DNA of 64,000 nt from Chrysomallon squamiferum (Eukaryota > Animalia > Mollusca): the NCBI GenBank assembly GCA_012295275.1, contig CM022676.1, positions 16,244,001-16,308,000 on the forward strand. The letters are read 5' to 3'. Shown here piece after piece: positions 13,007 to 64,000 of the stretch (the first letter of the stretch is position 1; every line of letters starts with the position of its first letter). The notes below the pieces were generated by a model, which did not search any database, had not been told where the DNA came from, and saw nothing but the letters and a program-made list of their open reading frames with translations. The position numbers and the translations under genes are program-made.

Positions 13007-13321
13007 ACCACTCATCAAGTACTCCAGTGTTGGATGTTACAAGAGTTTGTCCAGGAATCCCTGCCTTGCAGTAAACACTGTGTCCATCATCTGACTCAGT
13101 CAGTGTGAGTGACAGAGAACTCTTTCTTACAGTCAGGTCACCTGATGTGATATTTATGTTGGTTATTCCTGTGTCTATCTGTTGACTATTCTTGTACCAG
13201 TAAAGAGATGGGACTGGGTTGCTAGGTGACGTGACACATGCCAAAGTGACAAAACATTCACTGACTTGTATTTTATCGTTCTGTGAACTGATGTTTAAAA
13301 GTGTCACCTCTTTTACCTGTA
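13007..13321 (-). CDS. Gene B Ig exon (nephrin/CD80-C2-like)
   Basis: VTLACVTSPSNPVPSLYWYKN...SSLSLTLTESDDGHSVYCKA; 315 nt, phase 1-1. Confidence 0.88.
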
Positions 13322-13618
13322 CTGTAATAAGCATAGAAGTAAATAAATAAACAAACAAACAAATACATAACTAAATAACTAAGTAATAAATAAAGCAATG
13401 ATTGTATCATACTTAACGTGGATTAAAATATTATTTATTTATTTATTTATATTCATTAGAAAACCAAAATAAATATTTCAAATATTGAGTAACTTCATAA
13501 ACGTAGATCAGTAATTGATTATATCTTAGTGTGCATATATAAAAATTGGAGAAAGCTATCTATATTTACTTCAACTAATAAAAACACAGAATAGTTTGGA
13601 TATTTAATATTTACTTAC

Positions 13619-14371
13619 TTGCAAAGTTAATGGTACAAATAAACATGTCATAAACGTCATCATTAAAACAGGAATGAATCATGTGTATTGTTACATTAAC
13701 TTTTCCTTGTACAGTTAAATAATTCATAGTCAGCCTGGCAGCTGTTTTAACTTGTGGGCTTGTACAACCATTACTGTATGTTGTAGAAACTGGTGTCAAG
13801 TTCTTAAATTATAAATAATATAATTTATAATAAATACATTTAAACAAGAATTGTTTGGCTTTTTGTTTTTTTAATTTGATAATTACACATTAGTCTGTAG
13901 TATATAAATTGATATCATCAGTTAAAGTAAACACTTTCTGATATCATTTCTTATATATAAGATTTCAATTTAAATGCAATGTTATAACATATAATTATTG
14001 GTAAAATATAATAATTATTTAATGAAACTTATAAATTAAACTTAATGATAATCTTTCGTATATTTCAAACCATTTATAATAAAATAATTCTTCATACGAA
14101 ATATTTTTATTTTGTTGTATCAAATCGTCATTTTTATAAATAATTAAGTTTTGGCATTCAATATCGAATATTGCCTTGATATCGGTTTGTTTGTTTGCTA
14201 TTCATGGACACAAACTTACCACGTAAGTTTCGTGCACAAAATACCAGGAAATGTTAACAGTTGGATAAACACAGCTAGTCAGTATGCTGGCTGTAAAATG
14301 TGTCTGAGAATCAATGTCTGCCACATTTGGACACGCATCAGTAAAATTAGCCATAGATGTATCAACGATAG
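13619..14371 (-). CDS. Gene B atypical C1-like Ig domain split over two exons (14371-14220, 13802-13619)
   Basis: IVDTSMANFTDACPNV...SILTSCVYPTVNISWYFVHETYV | NLTPVSTTYSNGCTSPQVKTAARLTM...VNVTIHMIHSCFNDDVYDMFICTINFA; phases 1-0 and 0-1 fit, both GTAAGT donors. Confidence 0.65.
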
Positions 14372-14720
14372 CTTTAGCAAAAGAAAAGAATAAAATACCA
14401 TAAGTGAATGCAATAAGTGTTTGAAAAAGGTATATTTTAAAGATAAAGATAATGAGTATTCTGTATTTAATTATAGATAGATGTCAAGATGTTCGTGAAT
14501 ACTTAAGGTGGCATATTTGAGTTATGCAAATTAGAAAATGATATAGCTGTAAATATTTTCCTATTTTTTGTTATTAATCTTATTTGCAAATATCTGCACG
14601 TCTATTTCAAATAGCACACAGATACATAAACACATCACGCACACGTTTTTGAAACTTTTATTATTATTTTAGGTAATTACTTGTGTTCATAGACATATTA
14701 ATAGAACGTTTTAGTTTCTA

Positions 14721-15040
14721 TCAATATGTGTATATTAAACTGATTTGAGTTGACAACATACTGTTTTCGTCAACTGTCCAGTTTCCTGCAAGTTTTGTTT
14801 CATCGAAAGATGAAATCTTCAAAGTTATAACATTTGCAGATTGTCTTGTTACACTGAGTCCACCAACTCCACTTCCGCAGATTCCTCGTAATGTCGATAA
14901 TGGTAGACATGATCCTTTTAGTTTGTTATTCACAGAAAAAGACACACCTGCTGTTATGTTGTCATTATCGCTTGTGTACGTCAAAATAAGAGGTTGACCA
15001 ACAACTAATGTGTTCGTGTCTGTTGTACGAATTCCATTTG
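14721..15040 (-). CDS. Gene B N-terminal V-like Ig exon lacking the canonical B/F cysteines
   Basis: NGIRTTDTNTLVVGQPLILTYT...VSFSVNNKLKGSCLPLSTLRGICGSG...ITLKISSFDETKLAGNWTV; acceptor at 15041-15042. No GT donor, reads into TGA. Confidence 0.6.
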
Positions 15041-15791
15041 CTAGTGATAAATAAATAAATTAAGTTAAAGTTTAACACTAAACTAGTTTTAACCAGAGCA
15101 GAGACTGAATAAGTTTTCAGTACATAGTTTTTATCGGTAATATCTAACATATTTGTTTCAATGTATGAATTAAATAGTAACAATAAAACGTATCTAAACA
15201 ATATCCAACGATCGAGAAAGGAACATGTTGTTTTTCTTTACTTGTCAGTAAATCATATTTTGTGACTATTTATAAAATATTTGTATTTATAAAACGAGAG
15301 AAGATTTCTTGTCGTAGGTTACATCATTCCCCTAACTCAGCAAAACGTATACGACATTTATTACATTCTTGAATGTAACAAATAATCTACAGCTGTTTAC
15401 ATGGTGACTTTTTAATGAATCGGTCAGTAAGTCATTATTTTATTTGTATCAAAACCCAACTCCAAACTGAAGCGGAATCATTTGGTCGTTTAGAACACAA
15501 TGTACACAAAAGTAACACAGCAAATCAGCTGAATGAAATTAAAACCAGCTTACAATGAACATTTTTTTTATTACAGTAAATATCATATTTAAATATATCA
15601 CTATTACAGATATTGTGTGAAAATATCCGTTTCGTTATTATTTTCAGCAAATAAGATAGAAGTAGAAAGGAGAATGACATTATATGTTGCCTTATAGACC
15701 AAAGTTCAAACAATAATGAAAAACAACAACAATATATTTAATATTATTACACTGTCACTTTATTACAGCTCTCTAACATAACTGGAATACT

Positions 15792-15824
15792 TTCTCTCTC
15801 TCTCTCTCTGTCTCTCTCTCTCTA

Positions 15825-15884
<60 letters not shown>
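15792..15884. repeat. (CT)n microsatellite
   Basis: Imperfect dinucleotide run. Confidence 0.9.
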
Positions 15885-15887
<3 letters not shown>

Positions 15888-16888
15888 TTTTTAAAATAAC
15901 AAACTGAACATACAGAAAGGAGAAAATTTTAATAACTTTAAAAATTATTTATATACAAATCATTAACAAATGTAACTATTTTAAAGATAAAAGATTCACT
16001 TAAAATTATATAAGAAGAAAGTGAAAGCGTTATTGTCAGTGTTGAAATTCGAAACATTCAGTATATGTATAATTAATATGTTTACATGGAGCATGGACAT
16101 TAAAGCATTTCACACTTAGTTTCTATAATTTTATGAAATGTACTCGCGCCCAGAATTAATCTGGAACAATAACTGATTTTTTGGTATGTTCCAGATCGTT
16201 TTACAAAAACAACAAAATCTTTAAAAAAAAAGAAAAAAAGAATTATGTTTTTATCTTTATTTTACCATAAGCTCAGGTTAATAACTGTCTCCAATTTTTT
16301 AGCAGAAATAATAATAATAAATAAATAAATAATAACCTTTGAAGTTCATGTATTGCATCATTGTATTATTTTAAAGATTAGTCTCATAATACAGATGTGT
16401 TTATTTTAGTCGTTTTAAAGCGAATAGTGAAAACCTGGCAGCTTAGTAAGGCACGCCATCCTGTACGAGTGCGTGATAGAGCATAACATACCAAGTTAGG
16501 CACACGTCAAAATTCAGAGTCTTTTTAATATGTTCAAAAGAAAATTTAACTTTGAATAGACTAAATTCAAACAGAGAACAATTTCATTTAAAATAAAAAC
16601 AGTGGAAACAACACCATAGTTGAAATTTGAAACTGTTTAAATATGGAACAAAAAATATTACATTAAAGCCCTTCAAACTTAACAATGAATTTCAATAATT
16701 TTATAAATATTTAAACACTTTAATAACTGTCAGAATACTAACAACCACTTTTCTTATAAAAATGTCTTCTTTTCTGAAATGTTTTCAAATGTACTGAAAA
16801 GATACCAGCATTCTAAGTTATCACTTACTTCTGATTTGTAATTCTGACAAGTATTTGGCAGTTGTATACTAATTCACTATTTACTTAC

Positions 16889-16951
16889 AAATGATAAAAA
16901 GAAACTCGTAATTATTACGTAACTAATAATTATAATCTGCTTAACAAACAT
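16889..16951 (-). other. Candidate signal-peptide exon of Gene B (MFVKQIIIISYVIITSFFLSF)
   Basis: ATG, hydrophobic stretch, GTAAGT donor, but phase 0 whereas the next exon needs phase 1. An alternative candidate exon lies at 17787-17733. Confidence 0.3.
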
Positions 16952-17171
16952 TCTATTACCGCCAGAAAAACATTTTTAAATTCTATCCAATTATTCTAAA
17001 AGTAACTGTCAAAATATTATAAGCTCAGTCTTTCACACTAAATAAAATATTGTATTTACTTACAAATTAATTTCTTGAACTATATATATGTAATATATTT
17101 CATTTAGGGATATATAACTAGACAAAAAAAATACAATCATATTAATACATATATAAATATACAAAGCAAGT

Positions 17172-17220
<49 letters not shown>

Positions 17221-19793
17221 TTGAGGATAAAACCCAAAGAAAGAAACAAGAACATAACTTAGATTGTTGTTAATATTTTATACATCTCATATCTGTGTGT
17301 ATATCTATCTCTGAGTAGTATGTAGATCTACAGCAAATCAGTGATGACTAAAGCGTTGATAAAACTGAAGAAAGATAAAATAAAGATGAAACAAACATGA
17401 GCAACAAAGAATTATTAGACACACGGATATAGAAAAGCACAGAAGCAGACAAGAAAGGCATACAGACGTCAATAAAGACAATATATGTATATTGATATAG
17501 GCACATCTTTGCATGTAGATGTAGATAATACATATATACATACATACAGAAATACTTGAAAAGAAGACGGTCCGACAGAAAAGTAGATATACAGAATCAC
17601 AGAAACAAACAGACTGAGCGATACTAGACATAGGTACAGATGATACATGCAGATATACTAAGAGGAAAGCTGATAACATTAATATTACAATAAACTAACT
17701 AATAAAAAGGAAATAGTTACAAGATTACTTACGTGATTATTACATAAATCATTGAAGAAAATATGGATTCGCTTCCGTTTGTTTCATCTAAAATAAATAA
17801 ATAAATAAATAATCCTTTAATTACTACCAAATTCTCAGGCAGCACACACGTACTCATATCTTTCAAGCACGTCTATCTCCAGAAGTGAAAGTCTTGTCCC
17901 AGCCGAGCTCTTATGTCCGTTAGTAATGACCTTCAAAAATTCAAATGCAGACATTTTTGCGGTCCTAGACTATTGATTTAATTGAAATTAACCTCCTAAA
18001 ACTCAAAGCAGGGAATAGTAAGTTGTTCTTTAAGCGGAATAAAATTAACTTGCTATTGGTCATCTGTCTATGTAAGGCGAAGGGCTTCTTTACATAATAT
18101 ATAATTGCATACAGTCTTCAAATAACTGCCATAGTGAACCATTAACTCTTACTCATTGGTGTTTCTTTGTATTTACAAAGGAGTGTATTGTGGGAAGCAT
18201 GTTATTTGCAATTTAAATTTGAGTTAACAGAACTGTGTGAATTATGCTTGTAAATCTGAATGCATACATACATTCATATATAGATAGATAGCTAGATATA
18301 TAAATATATGCTTATATATACAGGCCTGTACATGTATATTCATTAGAAGAAACTGCTGTAAATATCTGAATTCCCTGAAAGTTAAACTATTTTATTGATA
18401 CTTTTCAGTTTTGAATTATCAAAGTGTATCTGTGTCTGTCTGTTTACCTATCTACCTGTACATGCATACACAGAGACAGAGCCGAAACTCGTCTAACAGT
18501 CACCTGTTCAAAATCCAACCACAAATTCACACAAAAGCATTTCCTTCTTTAAATGAGCTGTTCTGTACAGTCACTGGTTTACAACCGCCATCAGCCAATG
18601 TTCTTCACAGAAAATAATCAACTCAACCTACTATAATGGTCACAGCTTTTCGGTATTTGCAATTCTAACTAAGTTCTGCCGAATATATATTCAGTTACCT
18701 CTATGACACGACATTACAGTGGTAATTCGACTGATTATAATATATTGTAATTTATGTTTGAAATATATACTTTTTTAAAGAAAATATGTTGATTTTATTT
18801 TTATTCCCCTCTTGCTACATATTTTATGAGCTTTCCCATGGTGCTAAAAGCAGCCAGAGCTAATACTTGTAAGATGTTTAACATGGTTTTCACTGTTGAG
18901 TTAAAGCACATGTTCTACGTGTAGTGTTTAAAACATCCTGTTTTACAAGTGCAGGTTATTATTTCACAGACACACTCATGATCAAACAAACAACAACACT
19001 CCGTTTATGAGCAAATCTTTTTCTTTTCTCCCATGCAATTCATAATTTTTTTGTCTGCTTGTAAGGCAAATTAATAGAGGTTAAAAAACACTGATTCTGC
19101 ACGTTTTGTACAGTGACTGGCTGAACTGTCTACCACTAACCAGTTAAAGTGAATGCATATAACATTGGCTGGAACTCTTACTGAGACTAGGATGTCAGAA
19201 TGACCACTATGTTGGTATCATCCATGTCAGTGGTATTCATCATTTTGCCTGTGTCAAACACCTTCGTTATGGCTGTCTTAAGTCTGTGTTTACTCAGATT
19301 CCACAAACTTGCATAATTTACGTTAATTTAATAATGAAATGTGTTGATTAGATGAGATCATATTATATTGTGAAAATAATAATTTTCAAGCATTCTTGAC
19401 CAGTTTCTGATTAGTGATTTTGCATATTAAGATTTCAGAGGGTTTTATTAAGAACAGTGGAAGGGGAACTGAGGTTACATGAATGATTAGCACAAGGTTA
19501 GGTGTAACAATGTGATTATCCTACTTACTGCTTGATGGTGTTGTTTCTGATGTTGTCGATTCTAATATAAATAAAATAAATAATGCGTATGAGTTAAGCT
19601 TTAGTATGGTAAAAACAAATGAAGTGGAGAAAATACATTTTAAAAAAGAAAAAGAAAAATATCCAATATGGTTTTCTGTATGTTGTAGCCTTGCCTACTC
19701 TTTAAAAAAAGTTATAATGCAAGACGAAATTTTGTTAAATAAATTAATGTAGCCAGTTTCCTTTACTTAATCCACTGACGGCAGATGTGTAGA

Positions 19794-19853
<60 letters not shown>

Positions 19854-19886
19854 CTATCTATCTATCTCTCTATCTATATATATATA

Positions 19887-19918
<32 letters not shown>

Positions 19919-19990
19919 GGTATATGCATATGTATATATATACTTGATATGCTTTTATTATAATTATTATTATTATTATTAATTTTGTAG

Positions 19991-20105
19991 GCTCTGAAAA
20001 TAAAATAAAGGAAGGACAGAAAGGTTTGGTTCAGATAATTTGTAAAAGTTGCTTGCATATATATGTGTGAGATTGTGCAAGTGTATATATAGGTATAAAT
20101 AATAT

Positions 20106-20155
<50 letters not shown>

Positions 20156-20647
20156 TATGTGTGTGTGTGTGTGTGTGTGATCCTTATAAGAAAGAACAGA
20201 TATAAAACTATTTAATTCTACGTTAGCTTATTGTTATTATTATTATTATTATTGCTGCTGCTGCTATTAGTATTATTTGCTTTTATTTTTAAAATTGTTT
20301 TAAGTATAATATAAATATGTCAATATTACTACTTATTTCTGGACATGCTGGACAATTATTTAGAAACTTTTAATTTCAGTAGGTTTTACAAATGATAATT
20401 TAGGAAATTTCTTATAACAAAACAGGGTTTATAAATAAATAGGTTTAAAAATGGAACTGTCTGATTCAAGAGTACTCATGTGGAATTTATCAACTCATTT
20501 AAGAGTGTCAGTGATGAGATTCCATCTGACTCACTAATATGTTACTTTTGTACAGGAGATGTTTATGAAAATGTTGATATAAGGGATGATGTTACATATG
20601 CCAATGCACCGTCTGAAGGAGAGGCTGCTACAGGTCAAAATATGAAG
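19991..20647 (+). CDS. Orphan cytoplasmic-tail exons of a receptor on the + strand (19991-20023; 20556-20633 or 20647)
   Basis: ttttgtag|SENKIKEGQK|gt and ttgtacag|DVYENVDIRDDVTYANAPSEGEAAT|gt; phase-1 compatible; YxN motifs; same layout as the Gene B tail micro-exons. Confidence 0.55.
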
Positions 20648-21739
20648 GTAATAAATGTACGATTATGCACTGCATTTACTTATTTTGCAATAAGTTTATA
20701 AAACTTTAGAAAAAAAAATTAAAAAGTGAAATAAAATGAAATAAAATAAAATTTAATAATTAAATAAAAGGATATAATAGAATTCTTGATAAACAAGTTG
20801 AACTTTTAACCAGTGTTATACCCAGTTAGAACAGACTAGGAAGACTTTGAAGCCATCGACATAAAGAAATACACTGACATTGGTTCCAAATATTGAAACT
20901 GATGGGGAAGAAAATAAAATACCTAGCTGTCCTCATTTTTTCTACTTAATGAATTGTGTTGGGAAACTTTTTTTACTAATACAAAAATTGCATTCCAGAC
21001 ATATATGTATGTATATGTATATTTTATACAGTACTATTGATTATTTAGTACTGTACACTGTACACTTACTTTAAATATAAATATATTTGATTTCATTACT
21101 AAAATAAAGACACCTATGTATAATTATTAGAATGAAATGCCACTTAGTTTAAGAAAATGTGATTTGAAAATTATTAACACTAATCTTTTAAGAAAGGAAC
21201 ATTTTACATCTTTAGTAGTAGACACAGACATTCATTTTCATTACTCTTGAAGTTTGTTTGAAAAGAAAATTTTCATTCACATATACAGATGGTTCATTTA
21301 GTTAGAATTTTACAAGAAGTGATTCACTCATCATTCTGCAATTTTACTTCAAATGTAAAATTATGTGATATAGATATTTTGATAACTAGTAATGTATCCA
21401 CTTTCCCACCAGATATTAAAAACCTTCCAAATTTGGAAAATGTAACTTTTAATGAAATCCAGTTATTTATGTTAAAATAACCAGCTGGTCCTGGGCCAAA
21501 AAAGTGTACGACTTTAATGTCTTTTTCCTCTGTGAGTTAAAATAATTTAGTGGCTGTTACGTTTGTGTTGATATATTCTTTTTGGTCTCAGATTAGACTT
21601 TCAACTAGGAAACTGATTTAATGTGTCAATATTTATATTTTGCTTAAATAAATCAGATTTATACAATGGGTAAGTATACTCAATGCCATACTGTTTTCAA
21701 AGTAAAAAAGTTGTTGACATGTTACTTTTCAGAAGATGT

Positions 21740-21939
21740 NNNNNNNNNNNNNNNNNNNNNNNNNNNNNNNNNNNNNNNNNNNNNNNNNNNNNNNNNNNNN
21801 NNNNNNNNNNNNNNNNNNNNNNNNNNNNNNNNNNNNNNNNNNNNNNNNNNNNNNNNNNNNNNNNNNNNNNNNNNNNNNNNNNNNNNNNNNNNNNNNNNNN
21901 NNNNNNNNNNNNNNNNNNNNNNNNNNNNNNNNNNNNNNN
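21740..21939. other. Assembly gap (200 N)
   Basis: Run of N. Confidence 1.
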
Positions 21940-22260
21940 TTTTAAAACAAATCCATAGTATAAACCAATAAAACTATATGAGGATGCTGTATAGGAAAAA
22001 CAAGAACAGCACCATAATTATTATTAACAGGTGTTTACATACGACATGACTTGTACAATTGTTTTAAAATGTACAAGTTAAAACAAAAGAAAGATGGTTT
22101 AGAAAACAAAACTTTTAGTTAAATACATAGTATAAACCAATAAAACTATATGAGTATGCTGTATAGGAAAAACAAGAACACCACAATCATTATTAGTAAC
22201 AAGTGTTTACATACTACAGGACTTGTACAATTTGTTTTAAAATGTACAAGTAAAAACAAA
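21940..22260. repeat. Two-copy tandem repeat, period about 172 bp, at the contig edge
   Basis: tataaaccaataaaactatat...gctgtataggaaaaacaagaac...cttgtacaat...aaatgtacaagt occurs at about 21959 and 22131. Confidence 0.85.
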
Positions 22261-22367
22261 TAATTACTGCAAAATAATTTCCGGTGTTATCGAGACTGGA
22301 AACAAGTAAAATTATATGATACATACCTGTATAGAAATGTATGATACCTTATTATTAATATACGCAC

Positions 22368-60498
<38,131 letters not shown>

Positions 60499-60574
60499 TT
60501 CTTAATTAAGAACTGTCTACATTGGTCTGTCTCCATCAAACACCACTACTTTAATTCAGGTGCTTATTGCTAGC

Positions 60575-60582
60575 TTTATATA
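60575..60582 (-). promoter_or_regulatory. Putative TATA box of Gene C
   Basis: TATATAAA on the minus strand about 80 nt upstream of the signal-peptide ATG. The AT-rich background limits specificity. Confidence 0.45.
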
Positions 60583-60689
60583 CATTGCACGTTGACTGAC
60601 GCAATTTGTTTGGTAACCGTACACCTGTTTGTTACTAGTAGCTGAACTGTAACGTTTGACAGATGAGATAAATAAAAAAAAATTAAAAA

Positions 60690-63520
60690 AAAAAGTGACA
60701 TTGTCAAGAATAGCGTGTGTGTGTTTGATTCTGTGAACAACGATTCACATATTCGTGTGTTTACAGATATTCTGTTCTGAACTTGTATGGTGATTCAGTT
60801 AGTTTTCATAAATTCTTCAGCGAATAAATATCTTTAGTGTCTTGAATATAGTAAACATAGAAATAATTAGATTCTTACCATCGAACAATCATGTTATTAG
60901 TAACCTATCAATGCAGGCGCATTCTGAAGCTGTAATCGAAATACCCTAACAATTAAACAATTGAATACTTTAATTTTTAGTATGATCCTATCCCATCAGT
61001 TACAATTATAATTATGAACAGATATGAAATATATATAGAAATTCTTCATTTCTACTATGTAGTTGTTCAAATGTATTTAATTTCTTGCATAGCTTGATAC
61101 CTATTCACTGTAACTTCTCTTCTTTAAAAATGTGAGATTTTCTCAGTATTTTGGTTATCGAATCAGTAATCAGAATAGAAAGTAGTGATAAGGCTAATTA
61201 TTTTTTATATAAATAATTTGTTTTTGTTTAATAAATATGGATACTAAAGCGTGTGTATGTATGTATTTATGTATTTGCATTTGGGAATGTGACTAATGTC
61301 TAAGGGAATTAGTATAGTAATTATTAAATTAAAACAAAGCTAATCTGTCCTTTTAATATTTGGTGCGGGTCGTTTTTTTTTTTCGTTTTTTTTTTTACAA
61401 ACAGGAAGAGGGGAACATAGTAACTTAATACTTAATATCGTCGACTAAAATTTTAAACGTTTCTCTGCAGTATTACCAGGTGATAGAAAACAAACGTTCT
61501 TAACGCAGAGAATAGAAAACACACATCGTCGAACATCGCACTTGTGAACCAGGAAGTGTTGTCATCCGACCAGTAAACAATATTTAAAAGAGAGGATTTT
61601 TAAGCGATGCGAAAATTAATGAAACTATTAGTATTATTTTAACTGAAACCTTTTGTTTTCATAATTCGTTAATTTACAACGATCGTTCAAACAAAAAATT
61701 ATCTCGCATACATACGGCCTGCAAACGTAAATTAAAAGGGTGAATAAATCATACTAATTAAATAAATACATTAATCAATAATTTAAAAAATCGTGTTAAT
61801 CAACATATATCTCTCGCTTAGAATATATCGGCATACAGACTGCTGAAAACACTTTCTTTTACTTTTCTTTATTCTATTTTATTTTTATTTATTTTTAAAT
61901 TATATTATTTTCATCACATTCTGTTCAATTTCTTTTTGTTCATCTTTGTGTTCTACAGTTAAGTGAATTATTTAAAATTTTCTCTCTCACTTCACGTTAA
62001 AAATTACGTTCATTGCTGATTACACTTTATTTAACAACAACACACACAAGTCTGCATATTATGCATTCCGGGTGCCATCTACTGTTCCTTCAGGAATTGA
62101 AACTTTAGATTTAGACTAATTTGTTCGCTAAATTCTGTCTGGTTGATGGGCAAATCGAGAATGTTTGTTATTTATATTAAAATAAATATTATCGACTTTA
62201 GATATAACAAACTAAATTTTAAAAAAGATAAAAAAAAAATAAGAAATCTTACTTAAAAACGGAACAGATAAGTTTGTCTCTGTCAAACGCAAATACTTTA
62301 ATTTAGATGCTGATGCCTATCTGTATATTCATAACACGTTGACTAAGTTTAAAACTGTAACCTGAAAGCTAACTTAATCCATCTGTGCACATTGTGGGAT
62401 TATTCTAGATGTAACTGTTTCACAATTCGTAAAACAGACGTTTCATATAGTAAAATGCATGAACTGTTCGTTCATGATAAACAACTAATACCGGTGTATA
62501 CTTGTGTAAAACATTTCTGAAGTTTCTTTAATAACCTAATAAAAGTGATATTTTAAATGTTTTGTTATATTTTAAAGGGAAAGACTCGTTTAGTACTTAA
62601 AGGATTCAGTGATGAGTATAGATATGACTACTGTAGATTAACGTTAATTATTTGGAGATTCGTCTTTTTTCTTCTTTTATGTTTCAGAACATTGCGAAAA
62701 AGATAATTTTAAAATATTGTTTTCGTTTTTCAAACATATCATAGAGTTCACACGATATTCACATGACGTGCATATGAAGATCAGAGAACAAGTCAGTGGT
62801 TGTTTGTTATGTACACGACACACACAAACGTGTATCCGGGTGTTATTTACAACGACCTGAACAGTTTGTTTGGTAATCGCAGACCTGTTTCAAAGCTTTT
62901 AGTAGATAAAATGGATCGTATGACATGTGAAATGAAACGCACTGTTATTAAGAATAGTGAAGAAAAGTATTCGTTATGGTCTGTCTATTTACTTTAGCTG
63001 CCTGTATCTACCTGTCTCTGTGTCTGTTTGTGTATTCAAAATCGTTTGACGTTACATATACTTCAAAAACGCAAGCTACAATATCCGTGGATACTTATGT
63101 GTCTAAATGTGATTGCAGAGAGTGTCTGTTTGCGCGCGCGCATGTGTGCATTTGTGGCTAATTCTGTCAACAATGATTTGTAAATGTGTGTGTTTAGTTA
63201 AAGATATTTTGATCAGAACTTCTACACTGATTCAGTTGTTTCGATAAATTCTTCAACGAATGAATAACTTTAGTGTTTTCAATATAGTACATGGAGAAAT
63301 TACTAGATCGGTACTAATAAAAAATCACATTATATGTGATTTTTCAACGCAGGCACATTCTGAAGCTGTTATGAACATTCGTTAAACATTAAACAATGAA
63401 ATCCCTTTTAGTATAATCCTATATGTTGAGTTATAATGCAAATATATATTTCTAAATGATTATTTTATTTATGAATGGATATGAAATACATCTAGAAATT
63501 CTTCATCCCTACAATATCGT
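60690..63520. repeat. Upstream duplicated non-coding blocks: 60700-61060 repeated at 63170-63520; 61500-62870 similar to 40500-41870 and 54240-55390
   Basis: gattcagtt...taaattcttca.cgaat...tttagtgt and gcaggc.cattctgaagctgt each occur twice; ggattattctagatgtaact is shared with the intronic copies. Confidence 0.7.
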
Positions 63521-64000
63521 TGAGATTATTTGTTTTCTGACAAGATGATGTTCTTTCAGTGGTAAAGCTCATGTTACAGATTGACAGCTACAAATAAAAA
63601 CATAACAGTTATTTTGTGACTTCGGGATACCTGTTCATAATCTTTTTGGGAAGAATCTGTAAATCAAAAAACAGTCTCCACTTCACTCCTAGTCATTCAC
63701 CATCTTTAACACCTCATGACATTTTACCCACTATTCTTAAGTTTATCCTCTTTGTTAATTTTCTTGACTATTTCCGAAATATTAATTCTGGTTGAAACGG
63801 CAACATCCTCAACAAAGAAGTGTGATACTTAACTCTTTCCTAGAGAGGTTAAGCTAATTCATGATGGGAATTGCGAAGCTACGGAAATTATAATTATACA
63901 CCAGTAAATCTTTGATCTCTTCAGAATCATTCTGAATGTCTGTAGGTTAAGTCATCATATCCACTTGATGATGCATTGACACGTTTTGCCATCGAAGCAG

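Larger units (their letters stand above)
8234..15040 (-). pseudogene. Gene B: V-like Ig, C1-like Ig, 5 Ig, FN3, TM, ITAM-tail receptor; probably disabled
   Basis: Exons 15040-~14726, 14371-14220, 13802-13619, 13321-13007, 12771-12475, 12348-12074, 11202-10915, 10587-10327, 10065-9793, 9512-~9450, 9258-9225, 8895-8846, 8332-8234. Lesions: no GT donor on the first Ig exon, a weak GC donor at 12474, a frameshift in 12348-12074 and a truncated TM exon. Confidence 0.7.

Noticed and set aside
17733-17787. 55-nt AG/GT-bounded exon candidate starting with ATG
   Set aside because: The phase-1 frame has stops and the open frame ends in phase 2. It may be a UTR or decayed exon and cannot be assigned.
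21666-21971. ORFs spanning the poly-N
   Set aside because: Artefacts of the assembly gap.
63600-64000. Possible degraded LINE reverse-transcriptase fragment (SSSGYDDLTYRH on the minus strand)
   Set aside because: Similarity is too weak and the frame too broken to support without a database search.

Overview
AT-rich, microsatellite-dense animal genomic DNA with GT-AG spliceosomal genes. It is an invertebrate; mollusc, possibly cephalopod, is only an inference. There is one 200-N assembly gap (21740-21939) and no prokaryotic features. The window holds a minus-strand cluster of cell-surface receptor genes of immune or adhesion type. Gene A (154-6647, runs off the window) has a signal exon plus at least 4 Ig exons and is disabled by stops and frameshifts. 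Gene B (8234 to about 17000) encodes V-like Ig, C1-like Ig, 5 further Ig, FN3, a TM start and a cytoplasmic tail with a canonical ITAM (YECL-x7-YEKL); it carries several lesions. Gene C (22368-60498) is a fully open 28-exon model: signal peptide, 12 group-A SRCR domains (each split into two exons), 2 Ig and FN3, cut off by the gap. The SRCR array is a higher-order repeat of four domain types. It shows a hypervariable 3-codon patch beside a 58-nt invariant block, a paired loss of one disulfide, and a chimeric 46-nt frameshifting exon. Also present: orphan plus-strand tyrosine-motif tail exons, a pogo/Tigger-type deleted DNA transposon and a Gmr1-like Gypsy remnant. All exon coordinates and translations were read by hand.
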